Source: Deltaproteobacteria bacterium (GTDB lineage: Bacteria > JAMCPX01). From it: a stretch of DNA of 63,190 nt. Under the pieces are notes generated by a model. It saw nothing but the letters and a program-made list of their open reading frames with translations, ran no database searches and had not been told where the DNA came from. The position numbers were made by a program, and so were the translations under genes. The stretch spans positions 450-63,639 of the forward strand of contig JAMCVD010000036.1 of the NCBI GenBank assembly GCA_023381995.1, written 5' to 3'. This document shows positions 31,054 to 40,325 of the stretch, in pieces (the stretch's first letter is position 1; every line of letters starts with the position of its first letter).

Positions 31054-32415
31054 ATGAAAAAGCCAACGTACGCACAGCTCGCACGGATGGACAAATCGTA
31101 CCTCTGGCACCCGTTCACGCAAATGGAGTCATGGGAAAAAGAGGAGATTCTGATCATCGAGAGGGGCCGGGGGAACTACCTGATAGACGTGAAGGGCAGA
31201 AGGTACCTCGACGGCGTCTCGTCCCTCTGGACGAACGTCCACGGTCACGGGAAGAGGTACATCGACGCCGCGATAAAGGGCCAGTTGGGCAGGATCGCGC
31301 ACTCCACGTTCCTCGGTCTGAGCCATCCGGGCGCAATCGTACTGTCGAAGATGCTCCTCGACATCGTGCCCCCGGGACTGGAGAGGGTGTTCTATTCGGA
31401 CAACGGCGCCACGGCCGTCGAGATAGCGATAAAGATGGCCCTTCAATACTGGCACAACATCGGCGAACCGCAGCGGTACCTATTCGTCTCGCTGGACAAC
31501 GCGTACCACGGGGACACCATCGGCTCCGTGAGCGTGGGGGGCATCGGGCTGTTCCACTCGACCTACAAGCCCCTGCTCTTCGAGACGGTCAAGGCGCCCT
31601 CGCCGTACTGCTACCGGTGCGGGCTCGGCCTCGAATACCCCTCGTGCGGCCTTGCGTGCGCACGGAAGGTCGGGGACATACTCGCCTCGAACGAGGGAAA
31701 GGTCGCGGGGCTGGTCATCGAGCCCATGATCCAGGCCGCGGGTGGGTTCATCCTGTCGCCCCCGGGCTACCTGAAGGCGATCGAAGAGATTACGAAGAGG
31801 CACGGCGTGCTCCTGATAGCGGACGAGGTCGCAACGGGCTTCGGGAGGACCGGCAGGATGTTCGCGTGCGAGCACGAGCACGTATCGCCGGACATCATGA
31901 CTGCCGCAAAGGGCATAAGCGGGGGATACCTCCCGGTCGCGGCAACATTCACTACCGGAAGGGTCTACGATGCGTTCCTCGGCGGGTACGGGGAGAAAAA
32001 GACCTTCTACCACGGTCACACGTACACCGCCAACCCCCTCGGCGTCGCGGCGTGCATAGCGAACCTCGAGCTGTTCAGGAAAGAGAGGGTCATCCGGAGG
32101 CTCAGGCCGAAGATAAGGCTGCTGAAGGAAGGGCTCGGCAGGATCGCGGCGCTCGAGCACGTCGGAGAGGTGAGGCAGATCGGCATGATGACGGGCATAG
32201 AGCTCGTCAGGGACAGGGCGACGAAAGAGCCCTACCCCTTCGAGCAGAGGACCGGCGCTCGGGTGTGCTTCGAGACGAGGAAGCACGGGATCTTCATACG
32301 GCCGCTCGACGACGTCGTCGTCCTTATGCCGCCGCTCTCCATCACGGAGCGCCAACTCTCGTACCTGCTCAAATCCGTCGAGGGCGCCATACGGGCGGTC
32401 ACAGAACAGCGGTAA
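31054..32415 (+). CDS. bioA: Adenosylmethionine-8-amino-7-oxononanoate aminotransferase BioA
   Basis: Class-III aminotransferase. YLWHPFTQM N-terminus, ADEVATGFGRTG, and PLP-Lys context TAAKGISGGYLP. Confidence 0.9.
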   Translation: MKKPTYAQLARMDKSYLWHPFTQMESWEKEEILIIERGRGNYLIDVKGRRYLDGVSSLWTNVHGHGKRYIDAAIKGQLGRIAHSTFLGLSHPGAIVLSKMLLDIVPPGLERVFYSDNGATAVEIAIKMALQYWHNIGEPQRYLFVSLDNAYHGDTIGSVSVGGIGLFHSTYKPLLFETVKAPSPYCYRCGLGLEYPSCGLACARKVGDILASNEGKVAGLVIEPMIQAAGGFILSPPGYLKAIEEITKRHGVLLIADEVATGFGRTGRMFACEHEHVSPDIMTAAKGISGGYLPVAATFTTGRVYDAFLGGYGEKKTFYHGHTYTANPLGVAACIANLELFRKERVIRRLRPKIRLLKEGLGRIAALEHVGEVRQIGMMTGIELVRDRATKEPYPFEQRTGARVCFETRKHGIFIRPLDDVVVLMPPLSITERQLSYLLKSVEGAIRAVTEQR

Positions 32416-32472
32416 GGGACCCGAAGCCCCAATCCTTTCATCCGCTCTGCAAGCGGCGTGCCCGTGAGAAAC

Positions 32473-33693
32473 CTACCTTATGTGCAGCAGCTTCTTCACG
32501 GCACCCGGGAAGAAGTACGCGAGGAGGGTCTGCGCCCCCAGGTAAGAGCCTTTGATGGTCCATTTCCTGCCGTTCACGACGACGGCCGCCACGGCGATCT
32601 CCGGATCGTCGACCGGCGCAATGCCGACAAACCACTCGTAGTCGCCGTCCGGATCGGAGCCGTGGATAGAGCCCGTCTTCCCGGCCACGCTGATGCCCGC
32701 AAGTATATACCTTCCCCTCCTGTTGAAAAAGGCCCCCCTTGACGTGCCCTTCACGATCGTCAGCCTCATCATGCCCAAGAGCTCCTTCGCCGTCTGCGGC
32801 GATACGACCTGCGTGTACCCCTGTCTCGAATTACCGAACCCCTCGTACGGTACGCACATTCTGCCCCGGTCGGCGATCGCCTGTACTATCAGCGCGGCAT
32901 GAAAAGGACTGAGGGTAATGTCAGGATTCAGTCCTGCGCCCGTCTGGGCGATGTCGACCGCATCATCGTCCACGGCCGCACTGCTCTTCATTATGAAGGC
33001 GGGCCCGACCTCCCTGTTGAAGTAGAACCTGTCGAAATAGGTCTGGAGGCTGCTGTTGCCGATCTTGTAGAGGGCGAGCTTGCCGAACACAGGGTTGTTG
33101 GACTTTGCGAGTGCCATCGAAAAGGTGATGTGCTTCCTGCCGTCGTTGTAGCCGTTCGTCAGCGCCTTTACGCTCTGGCTCGCGTTCCTGGAATCGTAAG
33201 AGAAGGACGCATACGGCGGTATGTGGTGCATCTCGATGGCAGCGGACGCGGTCACGAGCTTGACGAGGGAGGCCGCGGGATACGCATCGAAGGCGGAGAA
33301 GCCGGCCCCCCTGCTGACGACCGCGAGCGTCCTGCACGTCTTTACATCGATCGCAACGACGGCGCCGTACTTCACCTCGTACCTGTCCATCATATGATCT
33401 ATCCACCTGGTTATGATGTTCTTCGGCAGCCCCCTCCCGTGCGGGCCCATGATGACGCTCTGCCCCTCCCCGGCAGGGGGAGAAACGACCGTTGCGGCCG
33501 TCATACCCGACGCGGGCTGCCGCTGCACCGACACCGGGGGATGGCCACGGGCCCTGCCCGTGCGGTTGACGGCGGCATAGAGAAAAAAGCCGAGAACGGC
33601 TATCGTCGAGAGCAGTATGTAGGGCAGGGAGGCATGCCGAAACCTCCTCCTGAGCGACCTGAGATGGTTTTTCTGATACGAGCGCCAGTTCAT
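32473..33693 (-). CDS. Membrane-anchored penicillin-binding transpeptidase-domain protein
   Basis: SxxK (ASLVK), SxN (KSNN) and KTG (GKTGS) motifs. N-terminal TM anchor. Confidence 0.75.
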   Translation of the reverse strand: MNWRSYQKNHLRSLRRRFRHASLPYILLSTIAVLGFFLYAAVNRTGRARGHPPVSVQRQPASGMTAATVVSPPAGEGQSVIMGPHGRGLPKNIITRWIDHMMDRYEVKYGAVVAIDVKTCRTLAVVSRGAGFSAFDAYPAASLVKLVTASAAIEMHHIPPYASFSYDSRNASQSVKALTNGYNDGRKHITFSMALAKSNNPVFGKLALYKIGNSSLQTYFDRFYFNREVGPAFIMKSSAAVDDDAVDIAQTGAGLNPDITLSPFHAALIVQAIADRGRMCVPYEGFGNSRQGYTQVVSPQTAKELLGMMRLTIVKGTSRGAFFNRRGRYILAGISVAGKTGSIHGSDPDGDYEWFVGIAPVDDPEIAVAAVVVNGRKWTIKGSYLGAQTLLAYFFPGAVKKLLHIR

Positions 33694-34757
33694 TATAGGC
33701 TGATGTACGGCAGCAGGAGGTCGCTGTTTGTGATGAGGTACGCCAGGAGCCTCGAGCTGTCGGTGTAGCGTCGCATGACGCTCTTCATCCTCGACGGGTC
33801 GCCGCCGATCGCATTCAGGAGCAGCATGGTATCGATAATCGTGGTGCGCTGTCTCTTCGTCATGCCGAAATACCCGGCCTTGATCGAGACCTCGTTCGGC
33901 GTGAGATGGACAAACATGGCCGCCAGCAGCAGCAGGCGCCTGTCCTCCGGCGTCACCGATCTCGTGCTCACTATCTTCTCATACATGCCCCTAATGTCCT
34001 CCAAGGTTTTATGGTCCGGGACGATGTCCGCAAGGGCCCCGAGCTCGTATGCTCTGCTTATAAACACAAACGGCCTCTCCTCCGCAAGATATATGTTGAT
34101 CTCCTTCATGCGCCTCTGGCCGCTTATCGTCTTCAGCGCGCCACCAGATACGGCGCCCTTCAGCGCCTTCAACGTCTGCGTCTCGATCCGGAACCCCAGT
34201 CTCACCTCGAACCGTATCGCCCTGTAGATGCGCGTAGGATCGTCGATGAAGCTCCCGGGATGCAGGGCCCTGACGACCGACGACGCGAGGTCGCCGTGGC
34301 CGTCGAAGGGGTCGACGAGCTCGGTACGGTCGGCCCCATCGAGCTTCACTGCCATTGCGTTTATGGTAAAGTCCCTCCTCGAGAGGTCCCTGAGTATGTC
34401 GGGCGCTGCCTCGACGCGCGGGAGCGCCCCGGGACGATCGTACACCTCTGTCCTCATCGTCGCGACGTCTATGTGCCTCCGGCCAGGCACCGCGATGGTC
34501 GCGGTCAGTCTTTCCCTATACACGGTCAGGTCGCTGCCTTTTATCCGGTTCGCAAGGAGGGTCGCGAACCTGATGCCGTCGTCCCTCACGACTATATCGA
34601 GGTCTATACTATCCCTCCCGAGCATCAGGTCCCTTACAGGGCCGCCAACCAGGTAGATGTCTTCGTTCAGCCTGCCGGCGGTGTCCTGTATGACAGAGAC
34701 GTAATCCTGAGTCGTACTATCGAGCCTTTTCAAAATGTCTGCTATAGGGACTTCCAT
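33693..34757 (-). CDS. Poly(A) polymerase/CCA-adding tRNA nucleotidyltransferase family protein. Start uncertain (34757, 34775 or 34856).
   Basis: Head-domain motif GGPVRDLMLGRDSIDLDIVV and RDFTINAMA. GGTGGAG SD before the ATG at 34757. Confidence 0.75.
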   Translation of the reverse strand: MEVPIADILKRLDSTTQDYVSVIQDTAGRLNEDIYLVGGPVRDLMLGRDSIDLDIVVRDDGIRFATLLANRIKGSDLTVYRERLTATIAVPGRRHIDVATMRTEVYDRPGALPRVEAAPDILRDLSRRDFTINAMAVKLDGADRTELVDPFDGHGDLASSVVRALHPGSFIDDPTRIYRAIRFEVRLGFRIETQTLKALKGAVSGGALKTISGQRRMKEINIYLAEERPFVFISRAYELGALADIVPDHKTLEDIRGMYEKIVSTRSVTPEDRRLLLLAAMFVHLTPNEVSIKAGYFGMTKRQRTTIIDTMLLLNAIGGDPSRMKSVMRRYTDSSRLLAYLITNSDLLLPYISL

Positions 34758-34861
34758 GGTAAGCTCCACCGCCATCGGCGGTCTTACCGTATCATATAAT
34801 CTTTTTACCGCTTTTGCAACGACGGGTCGAAAGGTTGACTTGCCTTCGATGCACATCTACT

Positions 34862-35626
34862 ATGACGGCCATGGACACCATCACTGTCATCATACCCGCA
34901 CGGTACGGCTCGAAACGGCTGCCGGGGAAGCCCCTCCTGAGACTCGGCGGCAGGACGATCATCCAGCACGTCTACGAAAACGCCGCCGCATCGAGGCTCG
35001 TCGACAGGGTCATCGTTGCGACCGACGACAGGCGCATATACGATGCGGTCAGGGGGTTCGGCGGCGATTGCGCCATGACGCCGAAGGGCATACGCAGCGG
35101 CACCGACAGGATAGCCCATGTCGCAAAGGACATAGACAGCGGACTGATAATGAACCTGCAGGGAGACGAGCCCTTCCTGACGCCCTCCGTCTTCGAGAGG
35201 GGGCTGAAGGCCGCCCTCGCGGACCGCACGAGCGACGTGGTGACGCTCGCCTCGAAAATAGCGACGGCCGACGAGCTCGACGACCCGAACAACGTAAAGG
35301 TCGTCATGGACAAAGAGGGACACGCCCTCTATTTCTCGCGCTTCCCCATACCGTTCGTGAGGGACGATGACGGAAAGCTTGTCAAAACCGTAAAAGGACA
35401 CTACAGACATATCGGTATATACATATTCAGGCGCACGGCGCTGCTCGAGTTCGTAAAGCTGAAGCAGTCGGCACTCGAAAGGATGGAGCGCCTCGAGCAG
35501 TTGAGGCTGCTGGAGAACGGCTACAGGATCACGGTCGTCGTTACCGGAAGCCCGCCCGCGGGAATCGACACCGCAAGGGACATGGAGAGGGCGAGAGAAA
35601 TAGTAAGGGACAGGGAAGGAAGGTAG
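34862..35626 (+). CDS. kdsB: 3-deoxy-manno-octulosonate cytidylyltransferase KdsB
   Basis: [29 protein letters not shown]. Confidence 0.92.
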   Translation: MTAMDTITVIIPARYGSKRLPGKPLLRLGGRTIIQHVYENAAASRLVDRVIVATDDRRIYDAVRGFGGDCAMTPKGIRSGTDRIAHVAKDIDSGLIMNLQGDEPFLTPSVFERGLKAALADRTSDVVTLASKIATADELDDPNNVKVVMDKEGHALYFSRFPIPFVRDDDGKLVKTVKGHYRHIGIYIFRRTALLEFVKLKQSALERMERLEQLRLLENGYRITVVVTGSPPAGIDTARDMERAREIVRDREGR

Positions 35627-35627
35627 T

Positions 35628-37232
35628 ATGAAATCCAAATTTATATTCGTGACGGGCGGGGTGGTGTCCTCGCTCGGCAAGGGCATAGCGTCGTCCTCCA
35701 TCGCCGCCCTGCTGCAGGCAAGGGGTCTCAATGTCACACTCCAGAAGCTCGACCCGTACATCAACGTCGATCCCGGGACAATGAACCCCTATCAGCACGG
35801 AGAGGTGTTCGTTACCGATGACGGCGCCGAGACGGACCTCGACCTCGGCCATTACGAGCGGTTCACGAACATAAGCATAACGCACTCGAACAACGTGACC
35901 GCGGGCCAGGTGTACGATGCCGTCATAACCAAGGAGAGGAAAGGGGAGTACCTCGGCGGCACCGTGCAGGTCATCCCCCACATAACCGACGAGATAAAAC
36001 ACAGGATACGGGAGAACGCCAGGGGCAAGGACATCGCCATCATAGAGATCGGAGGGACGGTGGGAGACATAGAGAGCCTCCCGTTCCTCGAGGCCATCAG
36101 GCAGCTCAAGAAGGACGTCGGGCCCGAGAACGTCCTCTATGTGCACCTCACGCTCGTGCCGTACATAAAGGGATCGGGCGAGCTGAAGACAAAGCCCACC
36201 CAGCACTCCGTAAAAGAGCTCAGGGCCATAGGCATCCAGCCCGACATCCTGCTCTGCAGGACGGACAGGCACATCGACAAAGACCTCAAGGCGAAGATCG
36301 CGTTGTTCAGCGACGTCGATCAGGACGCCGTGATAGCTGCCATCGACGTCGAGTCCATATACGACGTACCCGTCGTGTTCCACACCGAAGGGCTCGACGA
36401 GAAGATCATCGAGAAGCTGCATATCTGGACGGGTGCGCCCGATCTCTCGAAATGGGAGTCCCTCTCAAAGAAGACCGCCGGCATAAAGGACCAGGTGACG
36501 ATAGGCATCGTCGGCAAGTACGTGCACCTGAGGGACTCCTACAAGAGCCTCCACGAGGCGCTGACGCACGGCGGCGTCGCAAACAGCGTAAAGGTAAACC
36601 ACAAGTACATAGACTCCGAAGAGATAGAGAAAGAGGGCCCGGCGAAGTTCTTGAACGACGTCGACGGCATACTCGTACCCGGAGGGTTCGGCAACAGGGG
36701 CATAGAGGGCAAGGTCCTTGCCGCCAGGTACGCTCGGGAAAAGAAGATACCGTACTTCGGTATATGCCTCGGCATGCAGATCGCCGTCATCGAGTTCGCA
36801 CGCCACGTCCTCAATATAAAAGACGCGAACAGCAGCGAGTTCGACCCGGGGACCAGGAACCCCGTCATAGACCTGATGCCCGAGCAGAAGGACAACAAGC
36901 AGCTCGGCGGCTCGATGCGGCTCGGTGCATACGAGTGCAGGATCAAGCCCGGCACGCACGCGGCCAGGGCGTACGGCAGGGACACGATACACGAGAGGCA
37001 CAGGCACAGGTACGAGTTCAACAACGCCTACAGGGAGGGCTTCGTATCGAAGGGCATGATCGTGAGCGGAGAGTATCCGACCAAGAAGCTCGTCGAGATC
37101 ATAGAGCTGAAGAACCACCCGTGGTTCCTCGGGTGCCAGTTCCACCCGGAATTCAAGTCCAGGCCCATCGCCCCGCACCCGCTGTTCGCACAATTCATAA
37201 AGGCCTCCGCAAAGAAAAGCGCCCGCCACTGA
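35628..37232 (+). CDS. pyrG: CTP synthase
   Basis: [18 protein letters not shown]-terminus, GATase Cys GICLGMQ, HRHRYE. Confidence 0.97.
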   Translation: MKSKFIFVTGGVVSSLGKGIASSSIAALLQARGLNVTLQKLDPYINVDPGTMNPYQHGEVFVTDDGAETDLDLGHYERFTNISITHSNNVTAGQVYDAVITKERKGEYLGGTVQVIPHITDEIKHRIRENARGKDIAIIEIGGTVGDIESLPFLEAIRQLKKDVGPENVLYVHLTLVPYIKGSGELKTKPTQHSVKELRAIGIQPDILLCRTDRHIDKDLKAKIALFSDVDQDAVIAAIDVESIYDVPVVFHTEGLDEKIIEKLHIWTGAPDLSKWESLSKKTAGIKDQVTIGIVGKYVHLRDSYKSLHEALTHGGVANSVKVNHKYIDSEEIEKEGPAKFLNDVDGILVPGGFGNRGIEGKVLAARYAREKKIPYFGICLGMQIAVIEFARHVLNIKDANSSEFDPGTRNPVIDLMPEQKDNKQLGGSMRLGAYECRIKPGTHAARAYGRDTIHERHRHRYEFNNAYREGFVSKGMIVSGEYPTKKLVEIIELKNHPWFLGCQFHPEFKSRPIAPHPLFAQFIKASAKKSARH

Positions 37233-37300
37233 AGGCCATGCACACTCCACAGGGACGAAAAGGGACCGCGTAGCACCTCACCCTCTCGCCAAAGAGTAAA

Positions 37301-39856
37301 ATGCATACGAAAAAGGCTCGAGGCATGGACACCAGAATAGTTAATATTCACGAAGCCGACAAATTTAAACTGATCAAAACATTGTCTCCATACTTCATAG
37401 TGGCTGCTGTTTCTCTTGCATACCTCTCTCATTACACCCATTATCTTTTTGTCACAGACGTGGCCAATGATGAAGAAGTTATGTCGGGGGCATGGCGCAT
37501 TATTCATGGACAGGTGATATACAGAGATTTTTTTGAGATCTTCGCACCGGGAAACTTCTTTCTACTTGCGCTTATCTATAAATTGTTTGGCTATGGTCTT
37601 ATCATTACGAACAAGGCTTTAATTGTTCTTGATGTCATTTGCAATATCTTGCTTTTCCAAATCTCCTCTATGGTATTAAAACGCTGGTACGCCATTATCC
37701 CTCCGTTATTGTTTCTTACCATAGGCTTCCCGAGCTGGTTCATCTTCAGCCATTACTGGACCACATCTGTTACGCTCCTGACAGCCATTATATTCCTGTC
37801 GGTTTACATGGAAAAACTAACTTCAACGAGTAAATCGAATAACCTATTTCTTTTTTTATCGGGGTTATTTGTAGGCTTGACCGGTATTTTCCTGCAATCG
37901 ACAGGCGTTTATACGACAGTTATACTTTTAATCGTAATTTATCTCAGAACAAAAAAGCTCCACGGTGAATTTAAAAGAATTTTGATATTCGGTACCGGTA
38001 TCATCGTACCTGTTTCAGGTTTCGTCCTATATCTTCTCCTCAACAACGCCTTTACCGCATTTATTCATAACCAGATTATATTGCTTGAAATGTATCCGAC
38101 TACGACCTATTTTTTTGCAAAGCCATTGATGTCTTTGTACAATCTCGTAACCCCTATAAAACTTATATTCATTATTTCTTTTGTAGGAAGTCTTATTCTT
38201 CTAATCTTTACAAGGGATGCATCGGATACAGAGATTATTTTTTTTGCAGGAAACATCATATGCTTTCTTACTGCATGGCAAAGACTTACTGTAGGTACGT
38301 TAGGTACGGCTTATACAACAACATCTTTGAGTTTTATATTCATCTTTTACCTCATTATTTTATTTATTAGACACATAAAAGACCGTCATTCTGGACTTAT
38401 CTACAAACTTGCAAATCTACTTGTTCACGGTGCATTTATAGCCATTGCAGCCGCATCGCTTATAATTATTTATAAAGACATATCAAACATAAAAACAAAA
38501 GCGTTTCATTTTTTACTGAGGGATACTGCTTATTGGACTTATGATGAAAAAGGAGCAGAAGACCTCATTAAATTTCACAAAGAGTCGAAGAAAATGCTTG
38601 GCAACGACAAGGAGGTATTCGCTTATCCGCTCGCATCTACATTGTATATGCTGTTAGATTTAAATAATCCTACAAACTACGATGTAATGTTAGGTTTTGG
38701 TCGGGCCGCAAGTGCCCCCGCAGATGTTTTAAAGGACGTGACAAATCAATTGGTGTCAACGAAAACAAAGTTCATTATAACTTATCAATGGTCGTATAGA
38801 TTCCTGCTTATCTGGTCGCAGAGAAACGGTGTTGTGTTCGAGCCGAACATGCTTGAAAACTTTATATGGGACAACTATACGGATGTACTGCATGTAGGTC
38901 TCTATACGCTCTGGGAACTAAGGGCGTTGAAGCCAGGGGATACTATTGCCATAACGGTGAAGGGCCATCCCGAATTAAATGAGACCGCTACTGTAACAAA
39001 CGCCGGCTATATCCGGGGGCCTGACCGATCCGAGACAAAAGTGGAAGGACTGCCTCTGTATCATGTAAAAGACCTATATGCAAAGATGATGAGTAACTAC
39101 GGCATTACCTCCAACGACGTCGGTATCGCTCCCTATAAAGAGCATGAATTCAACACGTCGGAAAATTTTATGACAAGCCCCTCTCCTTTCACCTTATCTG
39201 GAGACTGTATATTCTGGGTCCTGAACCAATCGATATGTTACTCCGTACCGTATACACGAAATAATATCGCTTCTATCTCTCCCAAAACCATCTCGGTGAC
39301 CGTCACCGGCGCCGTAAGGCATGCGGGCACCCTTACCCTGAACGACGGGGCAAGGCTGGCGGACACCTTTACCCTGACAGGGGGCCACATACCTTCGGCG
39401 GACTTCAGCAACATCGTCATTATAAGGCACCACAAGGAAATAAGGGCAGACCTCCTAAAATATGTGCGGACGAAAGACCAGGCCTACAATCCATTGCTTC
39501 GGAACCACGACACTGTTTATATAAACAGCGTCCCTCACAGAACCATTTCGGTGACCGTCACCGGCGCCGTACGGCATGCGGGCACCCTTACCCTGAACGA
39601 CGGGGCAAGGCTGGCAGACACCTTTCCTGCGACTGGCGGTCTGCTGCCCGTGTCGAATCTACGCAGCATCACCATCCTGAGGAAGGACAGGCTGATAAAG
39701 GCAGACTTTCTACAGTATATACGGACTCGAAATACCGCCTACAATCCCCCTCTCGAAAACAACGATATCGTCTCTATACCGAAAGGCAACGAGCACCCGG
39801 ACATCAACGATATAAGGGAGGCCGCAAAAGCCCTTATCCTGAAAGGGAAGAAATAA
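37301..39856 (+). CDS. Fusion protein. A multi-TM GT-C-like (ArnT/PMT-type) membrane domain is joined to a Wza-like polysaccharide-export module (Poly_export plus 2 SLBB domains).
   Basis: The N-terminal roughly 540 aa is highly hydrophobic with an acidic first loop (VANDEEV). The C-terminus has LKPGDTIAITVKGHPELN..V...G.I (Poly_export) and two ISVTVTGAVRHAGTLTLNDGARLADTF (SLBB) units. Confidence 0.65.
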   Translation: MHTKKARGMDTRIVNIHEADKFKLIKTLSPYFIVAAVSLAYLSHYTHYLFVTDVANDEEVMSGAWRIIHGQVIYRDFFEIFAPGNFFLLALIYKLFGYGLIITNKALIVLDVICNILLFQISSMVLKRWYAIIPPLLFLTIGFPSWFIFSHYWTTSVTLLTAIIFLSVYMEKLTSTSKSNNLFLFLSGLFVGLTGIFLQSTGVYTTVILLIVIYLRTKKLHGEFKRILIFGTGIIVPVSGFVLYLLLNNAFTAFIHNQIILLEMYPTTTYFFAKPLMSLYNLVTPIKLIFIISFVGSLILLIFTRDASDTEIIFFAGNIICFLTAWQRLTVGTLGTAYTTTSLSFIFIFYLIILFIRHIKDRHSGLIYKLANLLVHGAFIAIAAASLIIIYKDISNIKTKAFHFLLRDTAYWTYDEKGAEDLIKFHKESKKMLGNDKEVFAYPLASTLYMLLDLNNPTNYDVMLGFGRAASAPADVLKDVTNQLVSTKTKFIITYQWSYRFLLIWSQRNGVVFEPNMLENFIWDNYTDVLHVGLYTLWELRALKPGDTIAITVKGHPELNETATVTNAGYIRGPDRSETKVEGLPLYHVKDLYAKMMSNYGITSNDVGIAPYKEHEFNTSENFMTSPSPFTLSGDCIFWVLNQSICYSVPYTRNNIASISPKTISVTVTGAVRHAGTLTLNDGARLADTFTLTGGHIPSADFSNIVIIRHHKEIRADLLKYVRTKDQAYNPLLRNHDTVYINSVPHRTISVTVTGAVRHAGTLTLNDGARLADTFPATGGLLPVSNLRSITILRKDRLIKADFLQYIRTRNTAYNPPLENNDIVSIPKGNEHPDINDIREAAKALILKGKK
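39286..39370 (+). repeat. 85-bp GC-rich direct repeat, copy 1 (inside SLBB domain 1)
   Basis: 3 mismatches against 39541..39625. The offset is exactly 255 bp (85 codons). Confidence 0.9.
39541..39625 (+). repeat. 85-bp GC-rich direct repeat, copy 2 (inside SLBB domain 2)
   Basis: See copy 1. The flanking parts of the two SLBB domains are far more diverged. Confidence 0.9.
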
Positions 39857-39874
39857 GACATGCCGAAGGAGGCT

Positions 39875-40144
39875 CTACATCGTCTCCTGCATGACCCCAA
39901 ATATTTTATCGTACATTGTGTATGTCACGGTATATATACTTCTTGCATAAACGATTCTGCATCTTACGATTCCTTGCATGTGCGCAGCGGGTATGTTGAT
40001 ATAATTCCGAAGATCTAAGTAATCTGAATTGCCGAACAGCAGGAACCTTGAACGGTTCAATCTCTTGTTGTGAAACTCAATGGAACATGGAGTTCCGTAG
40101 AAAATCTTGACTGTTTCAAACAACAGGCACATAAATTTTGTCAT
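39875..40144 (-). pseudogene. pabC: Truncated aminodeoxychorismate lyase-like (class IV aminotransferase family) gene. Only the N-terminal approximately 80 aa remain.
   Basis: LFETVKIFYG....EFHNKRLNRSR ... RCRIVY matches the N-terminal pattern of the family. The ORF ends at a sharp AT-to-GC composition junction near 39900. Confidence 0.5.
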
Positions 40145-40325
40145 TGAGTTCTTGATATTCTTTTCCCGGATCGCTGTATATGGTTATTCCGCCGCCGCTT
40201 TTAAATACGTATCCCCCGGGGGTGTTTTCCACGAATCGTATCATCACGGCGCTGTCAAGATTACGCCCGTCAAAGTAACCGAAAATCCCCGTATAGGACC
40301 AGCGGGAGCATTTGAACAGAAACAA
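40116..40325 (-). pseudogene. pabB: C-terminal remnant of a chorismate-binding enzyme (aminodeoxychorismate/anthranilate synthase component I)
   Basis: YTGIFGYFDG..LDSAVMIRF......GGGITIYSDPGKEYQELNDKI is the conserved C-terminus of the family. Everything upstream is replaced by the IS110-family element. Confidence 0.6.

Noticed and set aside
39194-39435. Minus-strand ORFs 39194..39433 and 39238..39435 inside the GC-rich SLBB repeat
   Set aside because: They are antisense to a well-supported domain-coding region and are a GC-rich shadow-ORF artefact.
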